This document shows, in pieces, positions 1-8,414 of a stretch of 64,000 nucleotides of DNA. The DNA is taken from positions 480,001 to 544,000 of the forward strand of contig CAXXLZ010000002.1 of the NCBI GenBank assembly GCA_963675595.2, written 5' to 3'. The notes under the pieces were generated by a model. The model did not search any database and was not told where the DNA came from. It saw nothing but the letters and a program-made list of their open reading frames with translations. Made by a program: the position numbers and the translations under genes. Within the stretch, counting starts at the first letter, position 1. Each line of letters starts with the position of its first letter. Origin of the DNA: Thermodesulfobacteriota bacterium. GTDB lineage: Bacteria > Desulfobacterota > Desulfarculia > JACQYL01.

Positions 1-386
1 GCTTTCAGGGGAACTCCGCGGAAACGGGAGTTCCCCCCACTGGAACCGCACCCGCTTCAGTAGTTCGCTATGCCTCTGCCCGTATGTTGTTACCGACCAG
101 CGGACTTGGGCGCGTTCCCTCGTTCCCGACCTTATTCGATCGTTTCTTTCTCACCGATAATCCCGTCTCCGTTATCCCCTCGGGAATCGTATTCTCGAAT
201 GTCCCAGAAGCCTCTCACCCCGTCCGGGTCACATCATGTGCCCGAACATGCCTCCCAAGAAGTCCACGGTCTCTGAAACGCCGTGAAATCTTGTTGCCCT
301 CGGCGAAGACCTTCCGTATATTCGCTGGATAGAGTAACTCCCTTCTCATTTTCTCGCATTGTCCCACATCCGAAAAGGAACCAATC

Positions 387-2219
387 ATGCGCAGACCCCT
401 GATGCTTTATGTAATCATCTGTTTGCTGCCGGCGCTGCTCATCGTCCAATGCGGTGATGATGATTCGTCGCATAAGCAACCATCCGGTGACACCGCCGTT
501 GTCAGTCAAGCCGGATTCATTTCCATCGAGAACGTCTCGTACTCGTTTCTCAATTCGAGTAATAGCGTGCAAACCTTGTCACCCGAACCGGTTCGAATAT
601 TCTATTCTTTTCAGAAAGCCGACGATACGAACTCCGACATCAAAGCCGTGGATTTGCCCGTATTGGTCCTCTTTAACGGGGGACCGGGTGCGGCAACATC
701 CGTCAACTTTATGAGCCTGAACACGGCGGATATTACTCTCTGCAAAGCAGTCACCGGTGAAGAGCTCTACAAGACAAATCCCTATAGTTGGAGAAAGATG
801 GCCAATATCCTCTATATTGATGCTCCATGGACCGGATTCTCGTACAATTATGGGTATCAGCTTCCTTGTTTTGAAGCCTTTGTCGGTTTAGTAAACGCAA
901 ATACCTTTAATCCGTTTGTTGACGCCGACCTCATGGTCAGAGCTCTGCTTCAAATTTTGAAGAAATGTCACGTTCAGAAGAACGAAACCGTCATTGTCGG
1001 TGAGAGCTATGGTGGGACTCGCGCAACCGTGATGCTGAACATGCTCCTTTTTCCGGACAATTATCATGGTACACCGGATACCAACCACCTGTTCAAAGAC
1101 AACGCCCTGGTTGACGAAATACGTGCTCACCATCTTGCCGTTCTTGGGACGGAAGACCTGACGCCAAAAGAAATCGCGGCGAAACAGTTCGGCAAAACCG
1201 TGCTGGTTCAGCCCCAACTCACGGGAGAATACTACAACCTGGAAGCCGGGGATCTATTTTCGGAAGAAGATTCAATCATTGATGCCTTATGGAAAGAGCA
1301 AAACCTTGAGAATGTGGGGAAATGGGATCGGAGCGGAGCGCGCGGTTCCGAGAGGAGCATGAGCGCAATCACGTATGTCAGAGACAAGCTCCTTCTGGAT
1401 CCGTATTTTGTGGAAAAAGAGTCGAAGTTCACGGATAAGATGGAATATCACGCCACAAGAGGCCTCCTGCGTGCGGATGTACTTGCTAAAGTCTTGAACC
1501 TGTCCGGTCCGGAGGCGATCAAGAATATCCCCGAGTTTCTTCCTGAGACTCGATCGCAAGCGGGAGCCTACAACAAATGTGTGAGTTCATCCTGTGACGA
1601 TCTCGCGGCTCTCATTCAGAAATTGTTTGGAGAAGAACCGGTCCCCGCGCCGGTGGCGGTAAGAATAGACGAAAACGATGATCTGGTTTATGACTTACCG
1701 CCTATCGAAGACGCGACCTACGATTTAAGAAAATATCTGGGCAGCACTTCCGGATGGTGTGACGAGTATTTCAAACCTTGGGATATCATGCTCTGCTTTA
1801 TTTATTATATCGATTCCATAGACAGCATTTTCACAAAACCCATAGGGAGACGATGGGCCCGTAAAATACATCCTGATTCGGTGATGTACGGGGAGATGTT
1901 TCTTCACAATCTCGCCGTTATGGATGTCATGATCACGAATGCGGACGAAGATCTAATGATATACTCGCCGGCGGTTCCGCCGTCTCTTGCACATTATGGA
2001 GAAATTGTCACAAAGGTTGATCCCGATGACGAGAACAGCACGTTCGTTGTGCACTATAAGGAAGGTTTTCTATCGACAATAGACTCTGAAAACACAGATC
2101 CCACAAGGACCATTTATCATCCCAAATATGAACACTGCGGACACGCCGTTTCAACGGCCAAGCCTGAAAAACTGCGTAACGACGTGGCGAGTTTTCTGGG
2201 ACTTCAGATCCTTCCATAA
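387..2219 (+). CDS. Exported S10-family serine carboxypeptidase-like protein (probable lipoprotein)
   Basis: 610 aa; FNGGPG, YIDAPWTGFSY, nucleophile GESYGG and C-terminal CGHAV; hydrophobic N-terminus ending LIVQ-C; AAGGA RBS; visibly lower GC than flanks. Confidence 0.85.
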   Translation: MRRPLMLYVIICLLPALLIVQCGDDDSSHKQPSGDTAVVSQAGFISIENVSYSFLNSSNSVQTLSPEPVRIFYSFQKADDTNSDIKAVDLPVLVLFNGGPGAATSVNFMSLNTADITLCKAVTGEELYKTNPYSWRKMANILYIDAPWTGFSYNYGYQLPCFEAFVGLVNANTFNPFVDADLMVRALLQILKKCHVQKNETVIVGESYGGTRATVMLNMLLFPDNYHGTPDTNHLFKDNALVDEIRAHHLAVLGTEDLTPKEIAAKQFGKTVLVQPQLTGEYYNLEAGDLFSEEDSIIDALWKEQNLENVGKWDRSGARGSERSMSAITYVRDKLLLDPYFVEKESKFTDKMEYHATRGLLRADVLAKVLNLSGPEAIKNIPEFLPETRSQAGAYNKCVSSSCDDLAALIQKLFGEEPVPAPVAVRIDENDDLVYDLPPIEDATYDLRKYLGSTSGWCDEYFKPWDIMLCFIYYIDSIDSIFTKPIGRRWARKIHPDSVMYGEMFLHNLAVMDVMITNADEDLMIYSPAVPPSLAHYGEIVTKVDPDDENSTFVVHYKEGFLSTIDSENTDPTRTIYHPKYEHCGHAVSTAKPEKLRNDVASFLGLQILP

Positions 2220-2369
2220 CAGGTTGGTGAAAAACGCGACCTGCGGCGTTGCACTTCATCCCTCGTCACTGCGGCGTACTTCTATGTACGCCGCAGTCCT
2301 CGGGATTTGCGCGCCTTGCACGTCATCGTTTTTCACCAACCTGTGGCAACCGGATTTTTCAACGGGCTG
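2220..2369. repeat. Family A MITE/REP-like element, copy 1
   Basis: Ends CAGGTTGGTGAAAAA ... TTTTTCAACGGGCTG; internal perfect inverted repeat ACAGGTTGGTGAAAAACG/CGTTTTTCACCAACCTGT; homologous copies at 14107, 17119, 49044, 56872, 61887. Confidence 0.85.
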
Positions 2370-2471
2370 TTATCCGCCGTTGGATTTGCAGAAGAGGCGG
2401 GATATTGAGAGCCGGAACCCGGAGATGAAATAACCGTCCAAGGGGACGCTGAGGCGTTCGGCCCCCCCCTG

Positions 2472-4631
2472 CTAGTACTTCAACCGGGCGTAAAGCGTTT
2501 TCTTCGAGGCCTGTCGCGCGTCCTTCAAAGTCACGATTCCCCGTTGCGCCAGCAGGGGGATGAGCTTCAGCAGAATCTCAGCCGTAACCAGAGCGTCGCC
2601 CAACGCCGTGTGCCGCCCGGTAACCCGGATCCCCATCCGTCCGGCCACCCCTTCGATCGTGTGGTCTTTCTGGTTGGGGTGCGCCACGGCAGACAGCAGC
2701 AGCGTGTCCACAACGGCGTTGTCGAATTTCACTCCGGTGCGAGCTTCGTTGACTTGCAGCAACCGCATGTCGAAGGCGGCGTTGTGAGCCGCGAGGACGG
2801 TATTCTCACAAAACCGTGAGAAGGCGGGAAGCACTTCCTCAATTCCCGGCTGTCCCTCGAGCATTTCCGGGAGGATCCCGTGAACTTTGATCGAGGCCTC
2901 CGGCACGGGTCGCCTGGGGTCCACCAGACGATCGAATACCTCGCTTCGCAACAACCTGCCGTTCAGGAGTCGCACCGCACCTATGGAAATGATCTCGTCC
3001 CCTCCCGAGGCGTCCAGGCCCGTGGTTTCCGTATCGAATACGGTATACGTCAGCTCCCCGAGGGGAACGTCGTCCACTTCCGGTCGCTGTCCGGGCTGAT
3101 TGAACAAATCGAAATCGTAAAATTCGGGACGACTCGCCACATGGAAATGCTCCCCTTGACTCTCGGAAAAATCCGGAAAAGGCGCGGAAGGGAACAGGAA
3201 GCGAAGGCAAGATACATCCGCAGCGTCGTCCCTCTGAGGCCAGATTTCCGCATTGTGCCGTTCGAGCACTTCTCCGAGCCTCAAAGGAAGCTCCTCGCCC
3301 GTAAGCGAAAGAGTCCGGCCAAGCCAATGCTTCAGCGTCTCCAGGGGAAGTGCGGAACCTTTCCAGCATAGATCCACGTTGACGAAACGACCCTCGGACC
3401 CCAAACGACAGAAAAATTCCTCCCCCAGCTTCCTTCCCTTAATCTCATTGAGCACGAACAGAAAGGCGAGCACCAATGCATAACTGTCCACCCTCAGGTA
3501 CACGTCTCGCCCGCCGGGTGCGGCATCCAGCTTCAACCCCAGCACCTGCCCGCATTTGTGCTTTATGGCGGTCAACAGGTCCGTTCCCGCCATTTCGTCC
3601 AGGGGCCATCCGGTCCGAAATTGACAGGCCTGCTCCCCCGCCACCTGATCCACATGGTCGCTCAACGCCATGGATTCCTGCAGAATGACCTGCTTGAAAC
3701 TCCTCTCCTGCTCATCCTCCATATTGGGATACTCGATCATGGCCTCGATGGCCGCCCGGATGCCTGCCAAAGACCGACGCAGACCCTCCGTGAGGGTCTG
3801 CAAAAGATAATCCCGCTTACACTCCGTCTCAACGCGCTCCGTGATATCGGCCAGAACCAGAATGAAGCCCCGCATCTCCTTAAGTTCGTGGAGTACGGGC
3901 ACCATTTGCACCCTCAGCAGGCGTCCTCCTCCCACCGACACCGCGAAGGAATGCACCAAGCGTCCTTCCCCGCGGCGTACCCTGCGATTCAGCGTATCCA
4001 GAGAGTGGATCACCAGGTTCCGATCCACCACCCCGAAAACCGAACGGCCCAATCCCACCAGTCCCTGGTCCGTGGAAGGCTTCCCCTCGCCGTTCTCTTC
4101 GTCCGACAGCAGCCGGCGGGCTTTGGCGTTATAGAGAAGAATCCTTCCCTCGGTGTTACATACCAGGACACCGTCGGTCAGTTCGGCCATCACTGCGGCC
4201 AGGATGTTTCTCTCTTCTTCGATGCGCGCTTTGGCCTGCTCGACGTGTGTACGCTCCCTGGTCTCCGCTTCTTCAAGCCGGACCGCGATGCGGTTGATGG
4301 TGTCGACCAATCGCAACACTTCTTTTCCACCTTCGATGTTGATGCGATGGGCGGGGTTCACCGTGGCGATCACCGCGGTTTCCTCTTCCAGTCGGTGCAT
4401 GGGGATCAGGTAATAATGCAGTAGTGCATCGATGGCGAGGACGATCCCGCCCACCCCCAGGAAGAGCGCGAGAAACACGTACGCAAAACGTTCTTTCAGT
4501 ATTTCGCTGATCACCGCCCGCTGATTGGGGTCAAGTCGGTCCCAGAACAACACCGAGACGATGGTAACGCCCACCACCAGCACCACCAGGGAAAGAGCCA
4601 CGAACAGCATAAATTTGTTTCTTAAAGGCAT
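2472..4631 (-). CDS. Membrane-anchored TM-HAMP-PAS-pseudokinase-DEDDh 3'-5' exonuclease (DnaQ/epsilon-like domain)
   Basis: Likely start ATG 4631 (TGATG overlap with receiver gene), 719 aa; two N-terminal TM helices; HAMP-like segment; PAS DGVLVCNTEGRILLYN; C-terminal ExoI FDTETTG, ExoII HNAAFD, ExoIII HTALGD. Confidence 0.88.
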   Translation of the reverse strand: MPLRNKFMLFVALSLVVLVVGVTIVSVLFWDRLDPNQRAVISEILKERFAYVFLALFLGVGGIVLAIDALLHYYLIPMHRLEEETAVIATVNPAHRINIEGGKEVLRLVDTINRIAVRLEEAETRERTHVEQAKARIEEERNILAAVMAELTDGVLVCNTEGRILLYNAKARRLLSDEENGEGKPSTDQGLVGLGRSVFGVVDRNLVIHSLDTLNRRVRRGEGRLVHSFAVSVGGGRLLRVQMVPVLHELKEMRGFILVLADITERVETECKRDYLLQTLTEGLRRSLAGIRAAIEAMIEYPNMEDEQERSFKQVILQESMALSDHVDQVAGEQACQFRTGWPLDEMAGTDLLTAIKHKCGQVLGLKLDAAPGGRDVYLRVDSYALVLAFLFVLNEIKGRKLGEEFFCRLGSEGRFVNVDLCWKGSALPLETLKHWLGRTLSLTGEELPLRLGEVLERHNAEIWPQRDDAADVSCLRFLFPSAPFPDFSESQGEHFHVASRPEFYDFDLFNQPGQRPEVDDVPLGELTYTVFDTETTGLDASGGDEIISIGAVRLLNGRLLRSEVFDRLVDPRRPVPEASIKVHGILPEMLEGQPGIEEVLPAFSRFCENTVLAAHNAAFDMRLLQVNEARTGVKFDNAVVDTLLLSAVAHPNQKDHTIEGVAGRMGIRVTGRHTALGDALVTAEILLKLIPLLAQRGIVTLKDARQASKKTLYARLKY

Positions 4632-5002
4632 CAGTCGTTCCCCAACACTTCCCGGACTTTTTCCACCAGCTCCCTGGTTCCAAAAGGTTTCATCACATAG
4701 GCGTCTCCCCCCATGGCCATTCCCTTGGTCACGTCCGTATCCCGACCTTTGGCCGTGAGGAAAACAATCTTGACATCCTTCCACTCCGGGTTCTCTCTGA
4801 CACTTTGACAGACTTCAAAGCCGTCTCTGAGCGGCAGCATGATGTCCAACAAGATCAAATCGGGACCGAATCCTTGAATCTTGTTCAGGGCTTCCTCCCC
4901 GTCTCGGGCGATTTCCACCGCATAGCCCGCCTTCTTCATGAGGAATTCGAGGGAAATCACGATGCTCGGATCGTCTTCCACAATCAGGATTCTCTGGGAC
5001 AT
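4631..5002 (-). CDS. Single-domain response regulator (receiver only)
   Basis: 123 aa; ILIVEDD, LLDIMLP phospho-Asp, FLTAK, KPF; no output domain. Confidence 0.95.
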   Translation of the reverse strand: MSQRILIVEDDPSIVISLEFLMKKAGYAVEIARDGEEALNKIQGFGPDLILLDIMLPLRDGFEVCQSVRENPEWKDVKIVFLTAKGRDTDVTKGMAMGGDAYVMKPFGTRELVEKVREVLGND

Positions 5003-5044
5003 GGTGTGCTCCCCACGCCTCGACCCGGTCGAGGATATCTCGCG

Positions 5045-7819
5045 TTAATCCGTCAATGATTCGGAGCGGAGCTTCTGCAACCGCTGTTCCGCTTTGAGAG
5101 GCAAAACAAAGGAAAATACCGACCCTTTGGATGGTACGCTGTCCACCCAGATGCGGCCTCCGTGAATTTCCACGATACGTTTGGTGATGGCGAGGCCGAG
5201 CCCGCTGCCTGCGGGACGTCCGCGCACGGCATCCTCCACTTGACGAAACTTCTCGAAAATAATGTTTTGCATGGCGGGACTGATACCGACCCCGTTGTCC
5301 CTTACGTCCACACGCAGGCTGTTTTTCTGGACCTTCACGGTAATGCCGATGAAGCCCCTTTCCGGATCGCAGAATTTCACCGCGTTGGAAACGAGATTCA
5401 TTACCACCTGAGTCAAGCGATCGTGATCCCCCTCGATCTTGGGCACTTGAACGGGGATTTCGAATTCGACCTCGATGCCCTTCTCTTCAATGATTCGTCC
5501 CAAAGAGGCGAACACTTCCTGAATCACCTCCCGGATATCCACCTGGGTGAAGTCCAAGGCCACCGCGCCCGACTCGACTTTCTGGAAGTCCAGCACCTCA
5601 TTGATCAGTCGGCTTAGACGTTCGCTTTCCCTAGTGACGATATCGAGAAACTCTTTCCGCTGGGCGACATCCATATCCGGGTTGTCGATGAGGATTTCGG
5701 CGAAAGCCCGAATGGAGGTCAGGGGAGTCCTGAGTTCATGAGTAATGGTTGAAATGAATTCGTCTTTCAGTTGGTCCAACTCCTGAAGTCTGGCGTTGGC
5801 CGCTCGAAGTTCCGCCGTGGCCTGCTCGAGCTGTCTCGATTTTCGCTCCAGTTCCCGGCTATACGCCTTGATCTGTCGGGCCTCATCCACAATGTGCATC
5901 ACTTCTTCAAGGCTGACGGGTTCCTCTTTGACCACGGAGGCCACCATGGCTCTCGCGGAAGCGGAACCGATGGCCCCCGCCAGAATCTTCTCCGCATAGT
6001 CCACAAGCCCGGGGTCCGCTTCCCATGACAGGCTCCAATCCACATTGTGTTGCTTGGCGTAGGCTGCGAAGATTTCGTCCGAACGTTTAGCGCCCAAAAA
6101 CCTGGCCAACAAAGATTTCAAATCCGGCACCAGGGCGCGCCCCTTCCAGATGGTGGATTCGGCCAACATGCCCGGGGGCCTGAACACATCCACAAACAGG
6201 TTTGCCTGGTTCAGCTCGATAACGGACGGGCGACTGAGAAGAGATCCGCCGACATACAGGGAAACATTGATCAACATGCTCCAGAACATGGCGTGAGAAA
6301 CCGGATCGAAGTGCTGAAGACCGAACAGATGATCGGGTCGGAGAATGCTGATGCCGAAGGGTCCCTCATCCAGCAGCGTCACCGGCAACAGGCCGGCGTG
6401 AGACAAAGAGGGCAGCACCAGCGTATAGGCCCAGATCAAGAAACCTCCGCTCAAACCGCACAGAGCGCCCCATCGGGTGCCCCCTTTCCAGAATATGCCC
6501 CCAAGGAGGGCCGGGGCGAACTGAGCCACCGCGGTGAAAGACACCAGCCCGATGGAGACCAGAGTGTAGAATTCCCCCACATAGCGGAAGTAAACGTAGC
6601 TGAGCAACAACACCAGTATGATGACGCCTCTTCGGATTCCCAGGAGAAGACCGCCCAGTTCCTTCCTTTGTAGAAGATTGGGCTCCGGGACCCTCAGCAA
6701 CACGGGCATGACCAGGTCGTTGCACACCATGGTGCTCAAAGCGATCGTCGCCACAATGACCATGCCCGTGGCCGCGGACATGCCTCCCAGGAAGACGAAG
6801 AGCGCCAACCACTCCTTTTTTTCGGCCATGGGCAGAGCCAGTACAAAGGAATCCGCCTCCACCGGTCCCCCCGCGAAATGGACCAATCCCGCGATGGTTA
6901 CGGGCAGGACGAAAAGGTTGATGGCCCAAAGGTACAGTGGAAACAACCAGATGGCTTTCCGTATATGATCCTCGTTCACGTTCTCCACAACGGCCACCTG
7001 GAATTGTCGGGGCAGCAGGATCACGGCAAGCATGGACAGGAACACCAGCCACGTCCAGTTTCCATAGGTCCCGTGGGCGTCTCCGAAATGAAACAGTTCC
7101 ATGAGGTTGGGCACGGTCTCCGCTTTGGTGAGGATATCCGAGAAACCGTTGTAAAGCCCATAAGTGACAAATATGCCCACGGCCAGGAAGGCGGCCAATT
7201 TCACCACGGATTCGAAAGCGATGGCCGCTACCAAGCCTTCGTGTCTTTCCGTTGCGTCCAAATGGCGGGTCCCGAAAAGGATCGTAAATGCGGCGAGCAC
7301 CAGGGCCGCATAGAACGCGGTGTCGTGAAAAATGGAAAGCTGCCCGGGATCCGTAGGCATTCGGATTTCCGGATATTCACTGATGACGAGAAAACTCGTG
7401 GATATGGCTTTTAACTGAAGAGAGATGTAGGGCACGATGCCCAAGACCGCGATGACCGTGGCGAGTCCGCCCAACAGGGTACTCTTCCCGTATCTGGAGG
7501 CGATGAAATCCGCGATGGAAGTGATGCGGTGTATCTTGCTGATCCTGACGATCTTCCGGAGGACGATCCACCATAGAGGCGCCAAGACGGTGGGCCCGAT
7601 ATAAATGGGGAGGAACCCCACGCCGGAATTGGCCGCCCGTCCCACGCTTCCGTAAAAGGTCCACGCCGTACAATATACCGTGAGTGAAAGCGCGTAGATG
7701 TATGGATTGGCGATAATGCTCCTGCCCGCATCGGCACGCTTATCACCGAAATACGCAATGGCGAACAAAAGGCCCAGATAGCCGAAGGAAACGGTGAGGA
7801 TAAACCCGCCCTGCAGCAT
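5045..7819 (-). CDS. SLC5/SSS-fused sensor histidine kinase (CbrA/CrbS-like, no PAS or receiver seen)
   Basis: 924 aa; N-terminal SSS fold (YCTAWTFYGSVG, LLPRQFQV), STAC-like segment (LAGAIGSASAR), H-box THELRTPL, N/G boxes NAVKF, DNGVGI, GSGLGL. Confidence 0.93.
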   Translation of the reverse strand: MLQGGFILTVSFGYLGLLFAIAYFGDKRADAGRSIIANPYIYALSLTVYCTAWTFYGSVGRAANSGVGFLPIYIGPTVLAPLWWIVLRKIVRISKIHRITSIADFIASRYGKSTLLGGLATVIAVLGIVPYISLQLKAISTSFLVISEYPEIRMPTDPGQLSIFHDTAFYAALVLAAFTILFGTRHLDATERHEGLVAAIAFESVVKLAAFLAVGIFVTYGLYNGFSDILTKAETVPNLMELFHFGDAHGTYGNWTWLVFLSMLAVILLPRQFQVAVVENVNEDHIRKAIWLFPLYLWAINLFVLPVTIAGLVHFAGGPVEADSFVLALPMAEKKEWLALFVFLGGMSAATGMVIVATIALSTMVCNDLVMPVLLRVPEPNLLQRKELGGLLLGIRRGVIILVLLLSYVYFRYVGEFYTLVSIGLVSFTAVAQFAPALLGGIFWKGGTRWGALCGLSGGFLIWAYTLVLPSLSHAGLLPVTLLDEGPFGISILRPDHLFGLQHFDPVSHAMFWSMLINVSLYVGGSLLSRPSVIELNQANLFVDVFRPPGMLAESTIWKGRALVPDLKSLLARFLGAKRSDEIFAAYAKQHNVDWSLSWEADPGLVDYAEKILAGAIGSASARAMVASVVKEEPVSLEEVMHIVDEARQIKAYSRELERKSRQLEQATAELRAANARLQELDQLKDEFISTITHELRTPLTSIRAFAEILIDNPDMDVAQRKEFLDIVTRESERLSRLINEVLDFQKVESGAVALDFTQVDIREVIQEVFASLGRIIEEKGIEVEFEIPVQVPKIEGDHDRLTQVVMNLVSNAVKFCDPERGFIGITVKVQKNSLRVDVRDNGVGISPAMQNIIFEKFRQVEDAVRGRPAGSGLGLAITKRIVEIHGGRIWVDSVPSKGSVFSFVLPLKAEQRLQKLRSESLTD

Positions 7820-8052
7820 CAGCGACCTCGCTCCTTGGATTTTCGGGAAGAACCCTTCACCGGGCCCCGGGTGACGATCATGAAAAGAACGATCATCACG
7901 GCCCAGATCGCGAAGAAATAGGCGACCAACAGGGGAATTCCCAGAACGTTCACGTCACTGTTGAATAGGGAGAGGATCGGGTAGTCGAAAAGCAGGGCAC
8001 CCAGAAGAAAGATGGCGATGAGCCACTGATTTCCTCGGTTTCCGGAGGGCAT
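7819..8052 (-). CDS. Small two-TM membrane protein coupled to the kinase (CbrX/DUF3311-like)
   Basis: 77 aa, two hydrophobic segments, GIPLLVAYFFAIW; its stop overlaps the kinase start (TGATG). Confidence 0.8.
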   Translation of the reverse strand: MPSGNRGNQWLIAIFLLGALLFDYPILSLFNSDVNVLGIPLLVAYFFAIWAVMIVLFMIVTRGPVKGSSRKSKERGR

Positions 8053-8217
8053 GGGCAGGCTGGTCTTTCACCCGGCCGGCGTCGGGATACGTGTCGGGGT
8101 TCGGGACGCCTTCAGGCGTTGGTCACGCTTTCCGCCGGAGCACGAGCATGGCGACGCGCCGATCCGCCGCCGAAAGCGGATGGGAATCGGCGCGCCTCAA
8201 GTTGCGTCAGGCCGGGA

Positions 8218-8304
8218 TTAACCGAACACTCCGGCTCCGAACAGAATCACCCAAAAGATGGAAAAAGCCACCAAACAAATCATGGTAATGTCTTCGGCTT
8301 TCAT
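8218..8304 (-). CDS. 28-aa single-TM micro-protein (not in ORF track)
   Basis: MKAEDITMICLVAFSIFWVILFGAGVFG*; AAAGGAG RBS 7 nt upstream of ATG; co-oriented between the SSS gene and the 77-aa gene. Confidence 0.7.
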   Translation of the reverse strand: MKAEDITMICLVAFSIFWVILFGAGVFG

Positions 8305-8414
8305 GAATGTACTCCTTTCGCACGCGGCGTGAGAAAGGCGCGTTGCCGCACCGTTCCAGGACGCCGAGGCGAGGTCGTGTCACCCTTCGCCCCGGGATCC
8401 AGCTGTTTGCCGGT

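Noticed and set aside
2472-3050. Calling the nuclease the replicative proofreading subunit dnaQ
   Set aside because: It is fused to TM, HAMP, PAS and pseudokinase regions and lies in a signalling operon.
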